A stretch of DNA of 64,000 nt from Candidatus Latescibacterota bacterium (GCA_965208835.1 OZ242358.1:1792001-1856000); one strand, 5' to 3'. Positions 49,160-58,881 are shown, counted from the first letter of the stretch. The notes: a model not told the origin generated them from the sequence alone. A program made the numbers and translations.

Positions 49160-49263
49160 CCAGCGCTTCACATCGAATTGACCGTTAAACGCGTGCGCTC
49201 GGTTCATGCCGCCGGGCGCACGCCCTCGCGTACCAACCCCGGGACATCGCGAAGGAGACGCTT

Positions 49264-49773
49264 TTGAAGATCAAGGGTACGCACACCATTGACGCGCCGC
49301 GTCAGCGAGTCTTCGAAATGCTCACCGACCCCGACACCCTCGCCAGGTGCATACCCGGCGCCCGGAAGCTGTTGCTTATTGGCGAGAACACGTACGAACT
49401 GGAGATCAATGCCGGCGTGGGACCCATCAGAGGCAGTTACAGCGGCACCGTCTGTCTGGAAGACCTGAACCCGCCCGAATGCTATCGCATGATCGTCGAC
49501 GCGAAGGGCAAGACCGGATTCGTCAGGGGCGAGGGCAGTATCGACCTCGCGGCCGAGGGCGACGGCACTCAGGTCACCTACAGCGGCGACGTGCAGCTCG
49601 GCGGGCCCGTTGCCGCGGTGGGCCAGCGGCTGCACCTGAGCGTCTCGAAAATGATGACGCGTCAGCTCTTCGGCGCCATCGAGGCCGAGGCCAAAGCCGC
49701 GCCGGGTGAAACCGTAAAGCACGGCATCCTGAGGGACTATCTCCGCGGCAAGAAGCCCGGGGCAGGGGAGTAG
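49264..49773 (+). CDS. coxG: CoxG/SRPBCC protein
   Basis: DPDTLARCIPG, GPVAAVGQRL. Follows coxSLM. Confidence 0.88.
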   Translation: MKIKGTHTIDAPRQRVFEMLTDPDTLARCIPGARKLLLIGENTYELEINAGVGPIRGSYSGTVCLEDLNPPECYRMIVDAKGKTGFVRGEGSIDLAAEGDGTQVTYSGDVQLGGPVAAVGQRLHLSVSKMMTRQLFGAIEAEAKAAPGETVKHGILRDYLRGKKPGAGE

Positions 49774-49837
49774 CGATTCCCGTCCGGACCGGCGGAGATA
49801 GCCAGAAAGAACTCAGTTCTATAACCCGGAATCCTGT

Positions 49838-50203
49838 ATGCCCCATATCGACTGGAACGACGTCCCCGTCAACGAACTGGCGCCCGGCGTACGCATCCGC
49901 GCACCCTACGGCGAAAATCTCATGATTTCCCTGCTGGAAATGGATGAGGGCGCGGTCGTGCCGCTGCATCATCATCCGCACGAGCAGGGCGGCATCATGC
50001 TCGAGGGACGGGTCGAACTGACCATCGGGGACGTCACCCGGACGGTTGAGAAGGACGCCGCCTATCTCATCCCTCCCAACGTGCCCCATCGCGCGGTCGC
50101 GGTGGACGGCCCCGCCGTTGTGCTGGACATCTTCAGCCCCGTCAGGGAAGACTACGTGGAACTGGGCAACCGCTACATCCCGCCCGAAGACAGAGCGGGG
50201 TAG
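49838..50203 (+). CDS. Cupin domain protein
   Basis: PLHHHPHEQ, IPPNVPH, DIFSPVREDY. Confidence 0.9.
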   Translation: MPHIDWNDVPVNELAPGVRIRAPYGENLMISLLEMDEGAVVPLHHHPHEQGGIMLEGRVELTIGDVTRTVEKDAAYLIPPNVPHRAVAVDGPAVVLDIFSPVREDYVELGNRYIPPEDRAG

Positions 50204-50238
50204 AAAATCGTGCCACTATGTCGTGGCACGAGTCGAAA

Positions 50239-50275
50239 AAACAGCGGGTCGGGATTTATTCCCGACCCGCTGTTT
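50239..50275. terminator. Intrinsic terminator
   Basis: AAACAGCGGGTCGGGA-TTTAT-TCCCGACCCGCTGTTT. Confidence 0.8.
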
Positions 50276-50351
50276 CATGCTATTGTATAGACACTATAAA
50301 AACCAAATCCACATCTCCCCAAATTCCCTGCCTACGGCGTGTTCCCAAAAA

Positions 50352-50482
50352 GCGGGGAGACGGAAGACGGGAGAGGGGAGAGATTGCCTGCCATGTAAGG
50401 TTTCTTCTCGTGCCGGAGGCAAGAAGGCATAAAGTAGCGGGCAAGGATTTCTTCTACCGGCTTCCCTCTACCTTCTTACCGC
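50352..50482 (+). mobile_element. Heptamer-arm element, copy 4
   Basis: Same core. Preceded by TGCCTACGGCGTGTT, which is shared with copy 5. Confidence 0.75.
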
Positions 50483-50994
50483 CTCTAGAAAAGTCGCCGC
50501 TGTGCCTGCCTTATGCATGGCGCGAATACCCTTACAGGACTCACCTGATACGTTGGCCTGCCAACGCCGGGAGATTTCGTAAGTTCGAGCGGGACGGAAC
50601 AACGCGCCCTGCTCCGAAAGTGCTCCTGAGCGGCATTGCGTTACGACAAACGAATGCCTGACCGAGGGCGAGCGATGTCGCGTTGCGAATTCTATCGGCG
50701 ATTTGCGCGCCATATCGCAGGCGACTCATGGGTCGCCTTTACAAATCCAAATACGGCGTGACCGGTAAAGGCTGCGGATCCTAGGTGCTCGATAATACAG
50801 CATCACTATCGGTTTGAATCTCGTGAGATCCGTTCACGCACCCGGTTGTGGTGCGGGGGGTTTTTCCACGCCATTCCGTCCAGCATCGAAGCCTGATTTG
50901 CGCATATGAGTACGCAGGGCACAATCGTTCGTCTACACCACGAAGGAGATTCGTGGAAAAACCGGCCCCCTGCCGAAGGGCGCGCTTCTTTTTG

Positions 50995-51148
50995 GTCCTT
51001 TTTCTTACGCGCGAGCCTGTGTAAAAAGGCAAAACCGAGCGAGATGACATACCATATATTGACCTAAAGAAAATAAAACCCCCATATATGGTATCCGATA
51101 GAGTGACAAACGGAGTTTTTACACACTCTGGCGCATAAGAAAAAGGAC
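50995..51148. repeat. Nested AT-rich inverted repeat
   Basis: GTCCTTTTTCTTA/TAAGAAAAAGGAC, TGTGTAAAAA/TTTTTACACA and ATACCATATAT/ATATATGGTAT. Confidence 0.8.
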
Positions 51149-51260
51149 GTAAATAAAATAAAAATAATGATTTGTTTCTAAAAATAGTCACCAGTATTTA
51201 GCAAACCCATCTCTTGTCTTTCTTTTCAAAATCATGCCTACGGCGTGTTTCTTGAAAACC

Positions 51261-51389
51261 AGGTAGACGTAAGACGGAAGAGGGTAGAGATCGCCTGCCT
51301 TGCGAGGTTTCTTCTCGTGCCAGAGGCAAGGAGGAATCAGATATAGGGCAATGATTTCGTCTACCGTCTGCCGTCTCCCCTCTACCCGG
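51261..51389 (+). mobile_element. Heptamer-arm element, copy 5
   Basis: Same core. Contains the TAG stop of the RND gene. Confidence 0.75.
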
Positions 51390-54300
51390 TTTTTTGCGGT
51401 TGAAGGATTTTTTTCGCAAAGCCCCTCAGAAAAACCCTCAGGTCGTCCAGATAGGTATAGAACAGCGGCACGACGAAGAGCGTCAATATCGTTGACGATA
51501 AGAGGCCGCCGATCATCGTGATGCCGAGCGGGGCATAGGGCGTTCCGAGCATGGTCGCGGAGCCGGCGGCCATCGGGAACAACCCGAAGATGGTCGTGAA
51601 GGTGGTCATCAGAATGGGGCGGAACCGGTTGAATCCCGCCTCCTCGATCGCCTCCATTCGGCTCATGCCGCCCACCCTCAGCCGGTTGATCATATCCACC
51701 AGCACGATTGCATTGTTCACCACCACGCCGATCAGCAGAATGATTCCCATCTGGGCCATTTTACCCATCACGGTATTCGTGAGGAAGAGGCCCCAGTACA
51801 CGCCCAGAAACGCGAAGGGGATTGACAGCAGCACCGCAAACGGCAGCACGAAGGACTCGAACAGCACGCCCATCAACAGGAATACGCAGGTGATCGCCAT
51901 CGTGATCGCGAACGACATCGTGTCGTCGGCCTCCCGGAACCTGGAATAGGTCTCTCCCTTGTTCCAGGAGTAACCGCGCGGCATGGCGAATCCCTCCATT
52001 GCGCGGTCGATCTGTTCCCACAACCCCTTCAGGTCCTCCCGGGTTGTGAACGCCCGCACCCGCATCCGCATCTTTCCGCCCTCACGTCGAATGTTCCCGC
52101 TGCCTTCCGTGACATTGAACGTGGCGAATGCCGACAGCGGAACCTGCGCGCCGGTTTTCGAGCGAAACGGAAAACTCTTGAGTTGGGCTAGGGTCTGGCG
52201 GTCGTCTTCGTCCATAAACAGGCGGACGGAAACCCTCCGGTCTTCCTCGTAATGCGGCGCCAGGTTGACGCCGCGAAGCTGATAGGAGATACTGCGCCCA
52301 ACGGTCCGGGCGGAAATCCCATAGGAATGCGCCTGTTCCTTGTTGATGAGTACCTGCACTTCCTTCTCCGCATATTCCAGGTCGCTGTCCACGCTGACGA
52401 CGTCCGGAATCGCCTCCATACGTTGCCGCACGGCCTCCGACAGCCGCCCCAGCAGATCGATGTCCTCTCCGTAGAGATAAACCGAGACTCCCGGCTCACT
52501 GCGCCAACGGGTCTGAACCATCACCCGCACACCGACGAATTGCGGAATGTGATTCTTGACGTCCTCGATTACCTCCGCCCGGGTCATCTGTCCCTTGACG
52601 GGAATACCGGCTTTCTTTCGAACGCTCTTGTAAAACTGGTACCACCAGTCCCTGTTTGGCTCTTCTTTCAGATACACCCGGATAAAACCCCGGATAAGAC
52701 TGCTCTGTCGCCAGTAACCCAGCCGCACCGTTTCTATACGGTAGGTCTCCCGTTTGCTGTCCAGGAATTCCTCGATCTGGGTTGCGACGCGTTCCATCTC
52801 CGCACGCTTGAAAAAGGGAGGGGCATTGAATCGAATGAAAAATTCGTTGTTTACCCGGGCGCGACCGGTGGTCTTCTTGACGTTCGAAACCGGATAGAAA
52901 ACCGAAACAAACAGGATGATGAAGATCAGGGAAGCATCACGCCGGTGACTCAGAATCCATCGAAGGCCACCCTGGTATTTCCGCCGCATCCACCGGACCG
53001 ACCCCGGATCCTTCCTGGCGGCGTGCCTGCCGAGAAGCTTCGCCGCAAGGGGGATGAAGATCAGCGCCACGAAGAGAGACCCCAGCAGCGACACGACCAC
53101 CGGAATACCGACCCTGGTGAGTTCGAACGTCAGCCCCATGTCTCCCGTCATAAACATCAACGGCATGAAGACCACCACCGTGGTCAGCGTCGCCATCGAT
53201 ATGGCCATGCCCACCTGGCTGGCGCCGGTAATGGACGCCTCGTGCGCGTCCATTCCCTTTGCCCGCATTCGATAGATGTTTTCCACGATCACGATCGCGT
53301 TATCCACCACCATTCCCATCCCCACCATCAGGCCCATCATGGTCAGCAGATTCAACGACCAGTCCAGAAAATAGAGCACGGAAATCGTCATCATGATGCA
53401 CAGTGGAATCGACAGGGTGATCAGGGCCGTCATCCGGACCGCACGGAGGAAATACAGCAGGATCAGCGAAGCGAACAGGGCGCCCCAGATCGCGGTCGTT
53501 CGAATATTGTCAATCGAATCGCGCACCGCCCGGCCCTGGTCCCACAAGACGTTGAATTGTGCTCCGGTTTCTTCGCCGATCCGTTCCAATTCTTCCTTGA
53601 CCCGGACCGATACGTCCACGACGTTGGCGCTCGATTCCTTGTATACGTCAAGCCCCACCGCTTCCTTACCGTTGATTCGCCACGACCCGAGCCGAGGCGG
53701 CATTCCGAAAAGCACTCCCCCGACGTCGGACACGCTGACCGGTCCCAGACCGTTCGACCGCTTGACCGGTATCCGGCGGATCTCGTCCATGTCCTTGAAC
53801 CGCGCCAGGGAGCGGATGAAGTATTTCTTACCGCCCTCGTGTAAATAACCGCCCGCCAGCGCGAAATTCTCTTCCTGCAACGCCTGTACCACGTCGGCAG
53901 GCCGGACGCCGAGCGAACGCATGCGCTCCTGCAGCACAACGACCGTGATCTCCTTCCTGAATCTCCCCCAGAAAGAGATCTTCGCCACCCCGTCGATTCG
54001 TTCCAGCCGTCGCTGAACCCTGTCTTCAATGAACGACTGGATATCGTCCAGTCCCTCCGGCGGGGCCACCCCCATCCAGATGATCTCCTGGTCGGTCTCC
54101 TCGTTATACTTCCAAACACCCGTCCTTTCGCGCTTTTCCTGTGGCAGTTCCAGTTTCAGCCGGTCCAGCCGGTCCATGACCTGGTTGTAGGCCAGAGACA
54201 TGTCGGTCTCGGGGCGAAACCTCAGACTGGCATTCGCCCAGTTCCTGCCGGCCCACGTGCGCATTTCACGGAGGTTTTTCACCGTGCCCAGATGCGACTC

Positions 54301-54519
54301 GAACAGCTGGCAGATTTCCTGATCGTTCTCCTTGGGAGAGGTATCCCGGCTGTCCACCCATACCCACAACCGTTTCCATTCCCATCCGGAAGGAAAGGCC
54401 TGCAGGCGTATCTTCATATAGGATACGCAACCAATGACCAGTAGCGCCACCAGGCACATGGCCACCGTCACGGGTCTGGTTATGGAAAGACGTGGGAGAA
54501 GCGCTTGTCGGTCCGCCAC
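51382..54519 (-). CDS. RND efflux permease (no adjacent MFP)
   Basis: 1045 aa. GMVVDNAIVIVEN, GVVVNNAIVL, RFRPILMTT. Confidence 0.93.
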   Translation of the reverse strand: MADRQALLPRLSITRPVTVAMCLVALLVIGCVSYMKIRLQAFPSGWEWKRLWVWVDSRDTSPKENDQEICQLFESHLGTVKNLREMRTWAGRNWANASLRFRPETDMSLAYNQVMDRLDRLKLELPQEKRERTGVWKYNEETDQEIIWMGVAPPEGLDDIQSFIEDRVQRRLERIDGVAKISFWGRFRKEITVVVLQERMRSLGVRPADVVQALQEENFALAGGYLHEGGKKYFIRSLARFKDMDEIRRIPVKRSNGLGPVSVSDVGGVLFGMPPRLGSWRINGKEAVGLDVYKESSANVVDVSVRVKEELERIGEETGAQFNVLWDQGRAVRDSIDNIRTTAIWGALFASLILLYFLRAVRMTALITLSIPLCIMMTISVLYFLDWSLNLLTMMGLMVGMGMVVDNAIVIVENIYRMRAKGMDAHEASITGASQVGMAISMATLTTVVVFMPLMFMTGDMGLTFELTRVGIPVVVSLLGSLFVALIFIPLAAKLLGRHAARKDPGSVRWMRRKYQGGLRWILSHRRDASLIFIILFVSVFYPVSNVKKTTGRARVNNEFFIRFNAPPFFKRAEMERVATQIEEFLDSKRETYRIETVRLGYWRQSSLIRGFIRVYLKEEPNRDWWYQFYKSVRKKAGIPVKGQMTRAEVIEDVKNHIPQFVGVRVMVQTRWRSEPGVSVYLYGEDIDLLGRLSEAVRQRMEAIPDVVSVDSDLEYAEKEVQVLINKEQAHSYGISARTVGRSISYQLRGVNLAPHYEEDRRVSVRLFMDEDDRQTLAQLKSFPFRSKTGAQVPLSAFATFNVTEGSGNIRREGGKMRMRVRAFTTREDLKGLWEQIDRAMEGFAMPRGYSWNKGETYSRFREADDTMSFAITMAITCVFLLMGVLFESFVLPFAVLLSIPFAFLGVYWGLFLTNTVMGKMAQMGIILLIGVVVNNAIVLVDMINRLRVGGMSRMEAIEEAGFNRFRPILMTTFTTIFGLFPMAAGSATMLGTPYAPLGITMIGGLLSSTILTLFVVPLFYTYLDDLRVFLRGFAKKILQPQKTG

Positions 54520-54658
54520 CTGAAGCTCCCGCAGGAATCGGATTCGAACAGCCGGTCAACCAAAAGCGTTAGTAACAAAAGATACACATCCGGCGGCTCG
54601 GAATGCAAACGATCAATTCGTGTTGGGTGGGGACCCATCCCAACAACCCCCAAGAATC

Positions 54659-54808
54659 GGTGAGACGTAAGACGTAAGAGGTTAGAGATGACCCGCCTCG
54701 GTAGGTCTCAATTTTCGCCGGAGGCGTAGAGGAGGAACAGATCGGCAAAGAACCCTCCTCCCGTCTACCCGCTATTAAGCTTTTTCTTCTACCCTCTTAC
54801 GTCTACCC
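54659..54808 (+). mobile_element. Heptamer-arm element, copy 6 (diverged)
   Basis: AGACGTA arms with a degenerate core. Confidence 0.65.
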
Positions 54809-54860
54809 AATTCCGGATGCAGAACGATGCCACGAAGTGAGTAAGTCAATTATTATAAAA

Positions 54861-55031
54861 GGTTAGACGCAAGTCGCGAGACGTTAGATGAAATCCTAGG
54901 AGCGGTGAGAGGTGAGACGGGAGCCGGTAGATGAAGTCCTTGCCCGATAGATTCCACCTGCGTGCCTTCGGCCTGAGTTGAAACATCTCAAGGCATGAGA
55001 TCTCTACCCTCTTACCTCTTCCGTCTACCCA
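54861..55031 (-). mobile_element. Heptamer-arm element, copy 7 (inverted)
   Basis: Reverse complement matches copy 3, including its extra GGATTTCATCT arm. Confidence 0.75.
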
Positions 55032-55070
55032 CATGATGATAGCCATTCCGCTAAATCCCTCGCTTTCTCC

Positions 55071-55099
55071 TTGACTTAAACCGTACAACAACCTATTTT
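55071..55099 (+). promoter_or_regulatory. Sigma70-like promoter of the T-box leader
   Basis: TTGACT-N17-TATTTT immediately before the T-box. Confidence 0.6.
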
Positions 55100-55106
55100 T
55101 TCAACC

Positions 55107-55420
55107 AAAGCGATGACGGAGGAAAGTAAGCCGTCCCCAACCGGAAAGGGAGGGGGCGCCCCGGACTGAAAGCGCCCTCGCGGCATGAACGGCTGAAGTT
55201 CCCTCTTGAGCTGCAACGCTGAATGCGATTGCCGGATTCAGCCCCTGGCTTCAGGGACGTTCTCGGCAATGGCTACTAGGCGAAGCCGGTGACTCTCGCC
55301 GACAATGAAGAGGGGCGGTTGTGGCCGCCTGCAAAGCGGCGCCTGCAAGGCGCAAATAGGGTGGTACCGCGGAAGACACCACGTCCTTTCGTCCCTATGG
55401 GGATGAAAGGTTTTTTTGTT
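55107..55420 (+). ncRNA. T-box riboswitch (Phe specifier)
   Basis: GCGATGA...AGTA, AG bulge and CTGAAA loop, GAAG-TTC specifier (55199-55201), AATAGGGTGGTACCGCG T-box, terminator CCTTTCGTCCC-TATG-GGGATGAAAGG-T7. Confidence 0.93.
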
Positions 55421-55489
55421 TCGGCGGCCCGGACGTGCGACCGCATCGTCTTTCGCCTGTCTCCAGCCCCGATTCCAGGGAGCAATACC

Positions 55490-57076
55490 GTGAGTCAACC
55501 CATCGACCTGTCGTCCCTTCACGCGCTCGAGATCAAGACGCTGCGCGCCTTCGAGCCCCGTGAGGACCACGAAGTGACAGACGCCGACCTTCCGCAGGCC
55601 GCGCGCATCGGTCCCGGCCAGATCCGGCGCGCGCTGGAATGGCTGCGTTCCAAGGGGCTCATCGTCGTGGTTTCGGAAGCCACGGTCTCGACGGTCAGCC
55701 TGACCGAGTCCGGTGCCGCGCAGGCCCGCATCGGCGCTACGCCGGAAGCCGCGCTTCTGGTTAGGGCCGGAAAAGAGCCCGCACCGACGCTCAGGAAACT
55801 GCAGGATGACACGCGCTTCGACAAGGGCGAATGGGGCAGCGCCTTCGGCGGGCTGAAGGCGGAAGGTACGATTCGGCAGGAGGGCGCGGCCATTCGCATC
55901 GCCAATGCGGACAGGGCCGCGTTCTACGCGGAGAGACTGGTACCCGGGCTCTTCGGACGCTTTCTGGAGGCCGGAGACGGGGCCGTGTTGAATCTTGGCG
56001 ACTTTACGGAAGAAGTCCAGTCATATATCCGGGAGCGATCGAGCAAACGCGGCAAGGGCAGGGCAGCCGTCCGCGTGGACGAACGCCTTGAGCGCACGTA
56101 CAGACTCGCCCCGTCGGGCGTCCGGACGCTGGCAGGCATTCTGGAAATCGATCTGACGGGTGAAGAGGTCTCGCGCCTGACGCCGGAGATGATCCAGTCC
56201 GGAGACTGGAAGAACGTGTCGTTCCGCCGTTACGACATCAGCATTAAGCCCCCGCGTATTCTCATCGGACGTCTGCACCCGTACCGCGCCTATCTTGACG
56301 GCGTCAGGCGCAAACTGCTTTCCCTTGGATTCGAAGAAATGAAGGGGCCGCTGGTAGAAACCGAATTCTGGAATATGGATGCCCTGTTCATGCCCCAGTT
56401 CCACGCAGCCCGCAATATCCATGACGCCTATTACGTCAAGGAACCCGTCCGTTCGAAAGCGGCCGAAGAACCCTTCTTTACGAAGGTGGCCGAAGCCCAC
56501 GCGAGTGGCGGCGACACGGGCTCCCGCGGCTGGCGGTACGAATTCAGCCCCGAGCGAGCACGCCGTCTCATCCTGCGCAGCCAGGGTACCGCTCTATCTG
56601 CCCGCACGCTTGCCTCGGGACCGGATATCCCGGGGAAATACTTCGCCGCCGCGCGCTGTTTCCGGTACGACGACGTCGACGCCACGCACGCGGCGGACTT
56701 TTTCCAGGTGGAGGGCATCGTACTGGGTGAGAGCATCAACTTCCGGAGTCTGCTCGGACTGCTCAAGCTCTTCGCGCTGGAAATCGCGCAGTCGGAGGAA
56801 TGCCGCTTTGTACCGGATTATTTCCCGTTCACCGAACCGTCGGTCGAGCTACAGGCCAGGCACCCCTCGCTGGGCTGGATCGAGTTCGGCGGCGCCGGCC
56901 TCTTCCGGCCCGAGCTTACGCGACCCCTGGGCGTCGACGTTCCAGTCATCGCCTGGGGTCTGGGCATCGACCGCATGGCGATGGTGGCCCTGGGGATCGA
57001 CGATATCCGCGACCTCTTCAGCACCGACCTGGATCTGATCCGGAACGAGAGAGAGAACGGGCCGGCGGGCAGGTGA
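55490..57076 (+). CDS. pheS: Phenylalanine-tRNA ligase alpha subunit, archaeal/eukaryotic type
   Basis: 528 aa with a long N-terminal extension. FWNMDALFMPQFHAAR, DATH..DFFQVEG, YFPFTEPS, AWGLGIDR. Confidence 0.95.
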   Translation: MSQPIDLSSLHALEIKTLRAFEPREDHEVTDADLPQAARIGPGQIRRALEWLRSKGLIVVVSEATVSTVSLTESGAAQARIGATPEAALLVRAGKEPAPTLRKLQDDTRFDKGEWGSAFGGLKAEGTIRQEGAAIRIANADRAAFYAERLVPGLFGRFLEAGDGAVLNLGDFTEEVQSYIRERSSKRGKGRAAVRVDERLERTYRLAPSGVRTLAGILEIDLTGEEVSRLTPEMIQSGDWKNVSFRRYDISIKPPRILIGRLHPYRAYLDGVRRKLLSLGFEEMKGPLVETEFWNMDALFMPQFHAARNIHDAYYVKEPVRSKAAEEPFFTKVAEAHASGGDTGSRGWRYEFSPERARRLILRSQGTALSARTLASGPDIPGKYFAAARCFRYDDVDATHAADFFQVEGIVLGESINFRSLLGLLKLFALEIAQSEECRFVPDYFPFTEPSVELQARHPSLGWIEFGGAGLFRPELTRPLGVDVPVIAWGLGIDRMAMVALGIDDIRDLFSTDLDLIRNERENGPAGR

Positions 57077-57122
57077 CCGCTCACGCGGCCCGACACAAGC
57101 GCGTTCGGATAAAGGAGCATGC

Positions 57123-58808
57123 ATGCCCACCATAACCGTTATCAGACACGACCTCGACCGACTCGCGGGCCGGGAGTACGACCTGCGCGAGCTCGAACGC
57201 GCCCTGGAGGCCGTCAAGGCCGAGGTCAAGGTCGAGGACGACTCCCTGTTGAGGATCCAGCTGAAGGATACCAACCGTCCGGACCTCTGGTCGTCCGAGG
57301 GAGTCGCCAGGCTGCTCAGGGGCCATCGAAACGGCAGCCACGAATCCTATCCCTTTTTCGAGGAATCCGCAACGGAGCTCGAACTGCGCGTCGAGGCGTC
57401 GCTGAAGGGCATCCGTCCCTACATCGCCGCCTTTGCATGCAGAGGAATTCCGGTGGACGCCGCGGCCCTCGAGCAGCTCATCGAGGCCCAGGAAAAACTG
57501 GCAGAGGGATACGGTCGCGGTCGAAGCGCCGTGGCCATTGGCATTTACGACGCTTCCGACGTTGTGTTTCCCGTCAACTTCACCGCCGCCGACCCGGATG
57601 CCGCCCGCTTTGTCCCGCTGGGCATGGAGAACGAGCTGACTCTTCGGGATATCCTGAGCGAACACCCGACCGGCCAGACTTACGCGCACCTGCTCGAAGG
57701 CTTCGACAGATTTCCCCTCATCACCGACAGCCGGGGCGAAGTCCTCTCCATGCCTCCGGTGATCAACAGCCGGAACCCGGGCGCCGTGGAGGTCGGTGAC
57801 ACGTTTCTCTTCTGCGAGGCCACCGGCACCGAACTCGACGCCGTGCTACTCTCCGTTTCCATTATGGCCGCGAATATGGCGGACCGCGGCGGGCGTATCC
57901 TGCCGGTGAACACCGTCTACCCGTACGATACGCCGCGCGGGCGAGAGATCCAGTGTCCTCTGGATATGACAGAACCCGTGGAAGTCGACCTGGACGAACT
58001 CCGGCGCGTCATCGGCGGCGGAATCGACAATGGAGAGGTCGAAGCCGCCCTCGCCGCCATGGGGTACCGTGACGTCTTGCTCTGTCAATCCCGTGTCCGG
58101 GCGCGGCCGGCACCATACCGGGACGATATCCTGCATCCCGTGGACCTCATCGAGGACGTTATCGTGGCGGTGGGCTTCGACAACTTCGAACCCGAACTGC
58201 CGCGCGACTTCACCGTGGGCAAGTCCGCGCCCGATGAAGATCTGGCCGACCGCATCCGCGGCCTGATGGTTGGCTGCGGGTTCCAGGAACTCTTCCTGCC
58301 CATTCTCTCGTCGCGCGCCGACCTGACAGGGCGCATGCGCGATGCCGACGCTCCGGTAGTAGAAATTTCCAACCCGATGTCCGAGAACTACAGCGCATTA
58401 CGGAACGCGCTGCTGCCCGGGATGCTGCGGGTGGAGGGGACAAGCCGAAAGGCCCTGTATCCACATCACGTCTTCGAGGTGGGCGAGGTCTCCGTTATCG
58501 CGCCGGACGACCTGTACGGCACCCGCACCGAAATCCGCCTCGCGGCGCTGGAGGCGCACGCCGAGGCCAATCTCTCGGGAATTCAAAGCCGGCTCGAAGC
58601 CATTGCCTACTACCTCGGTTTTGATTACCACCTCACGCCTTCGGAGCATCCCACTTTCCTTCCGGGGCGGGCCGGGGAAATCCGGGTGGGCGGCGAAAGC
58701 TACGGCATCATCGGCGAAGTCCATCCCGAAGTCCTGGAGCACTGGAGCGTATCGGTGCCCGTGAGCGCGTTCGAAGTCAACATCGACATCGCGGGGGATC
58801 AACGCTGA
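57123..58808 (+). CDS. pheT: Phenylalanine-tRNA ligase beta subunit, short archaeal type
   Basis: 561 aa. MPTI start, NRPDLWS, SMPPVIN, RDDILHPVDLIED, GEVHPEVL. Too short to carry the bacterial B2 and B8 domains. Confidence 0.95.
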   Translation: MPTITVIRHDLDRLAGREYDLRELERALEAVKAEVKVEDDSLLRIQLKDTNRPDLWSSEGVARLLRGHRNGSHESYPFFEESATELELRVEASLKGIRPYIAAFACRGIPVDAAALEQLIEAQEKLAEGYGRGRSAVAIGIYDASDVVFPVNFTAADPDAARFVPLGMENELTLRDILSEHPTGQTYAHLLEGFDRFPLITDSRGEVLSMPPVINSRNPGAVEVGDTFLFCEATGTELDAVLLSVSIMAANMADRGGRILPVNTVYPYDTPRGREIQCPLDMTEPVEVDLDELRRVIGGGIDNGEVEAALAAMGYRDVLLCQSRVRARPAPYRDDILHPVDLIEDVIVAVGFDNFEPELPRDFTVGKSAPDEDLADRIRGLMVGCGFQELFLPILSSRADLTGRMRDADAPVVEISNPMSENYSALRNALLPGMLRVEGTSRKALYPHHVFEVGEVSVIAPDDLYGTRTEIRLAALEAHAEANLSGIQSRLEAIAYYLGFDYHLTPSEHPTFLPGRAGEIRVGGESYGIIGEVHPEVLEHWSVSVPVSAFEVNIDIAGDQR

Positions 58809-58843
58809 ACGATGCCGGGCGAGAGACGGGGATCGAAACACAG

Positions 58844-58881
58844 AAACGGGTTACGCCAGATTGGCGTAACCCGTTGTTTTT
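58844..58881. terminator. Bidirectional terminator between pheT and tRNA-Leu
   Basis: AACGGGTTACGCCA-GAT-TGGCGTAACCCGTT-GTTTTT. Confidence 0.85.

Noticed and set aside
51128-51155. Chromosomal dif site (GGCGCATAA...)
   Set aside because: The XerD arm is a poor match, and the sequence is explained as one arm of the local inverted repeat.
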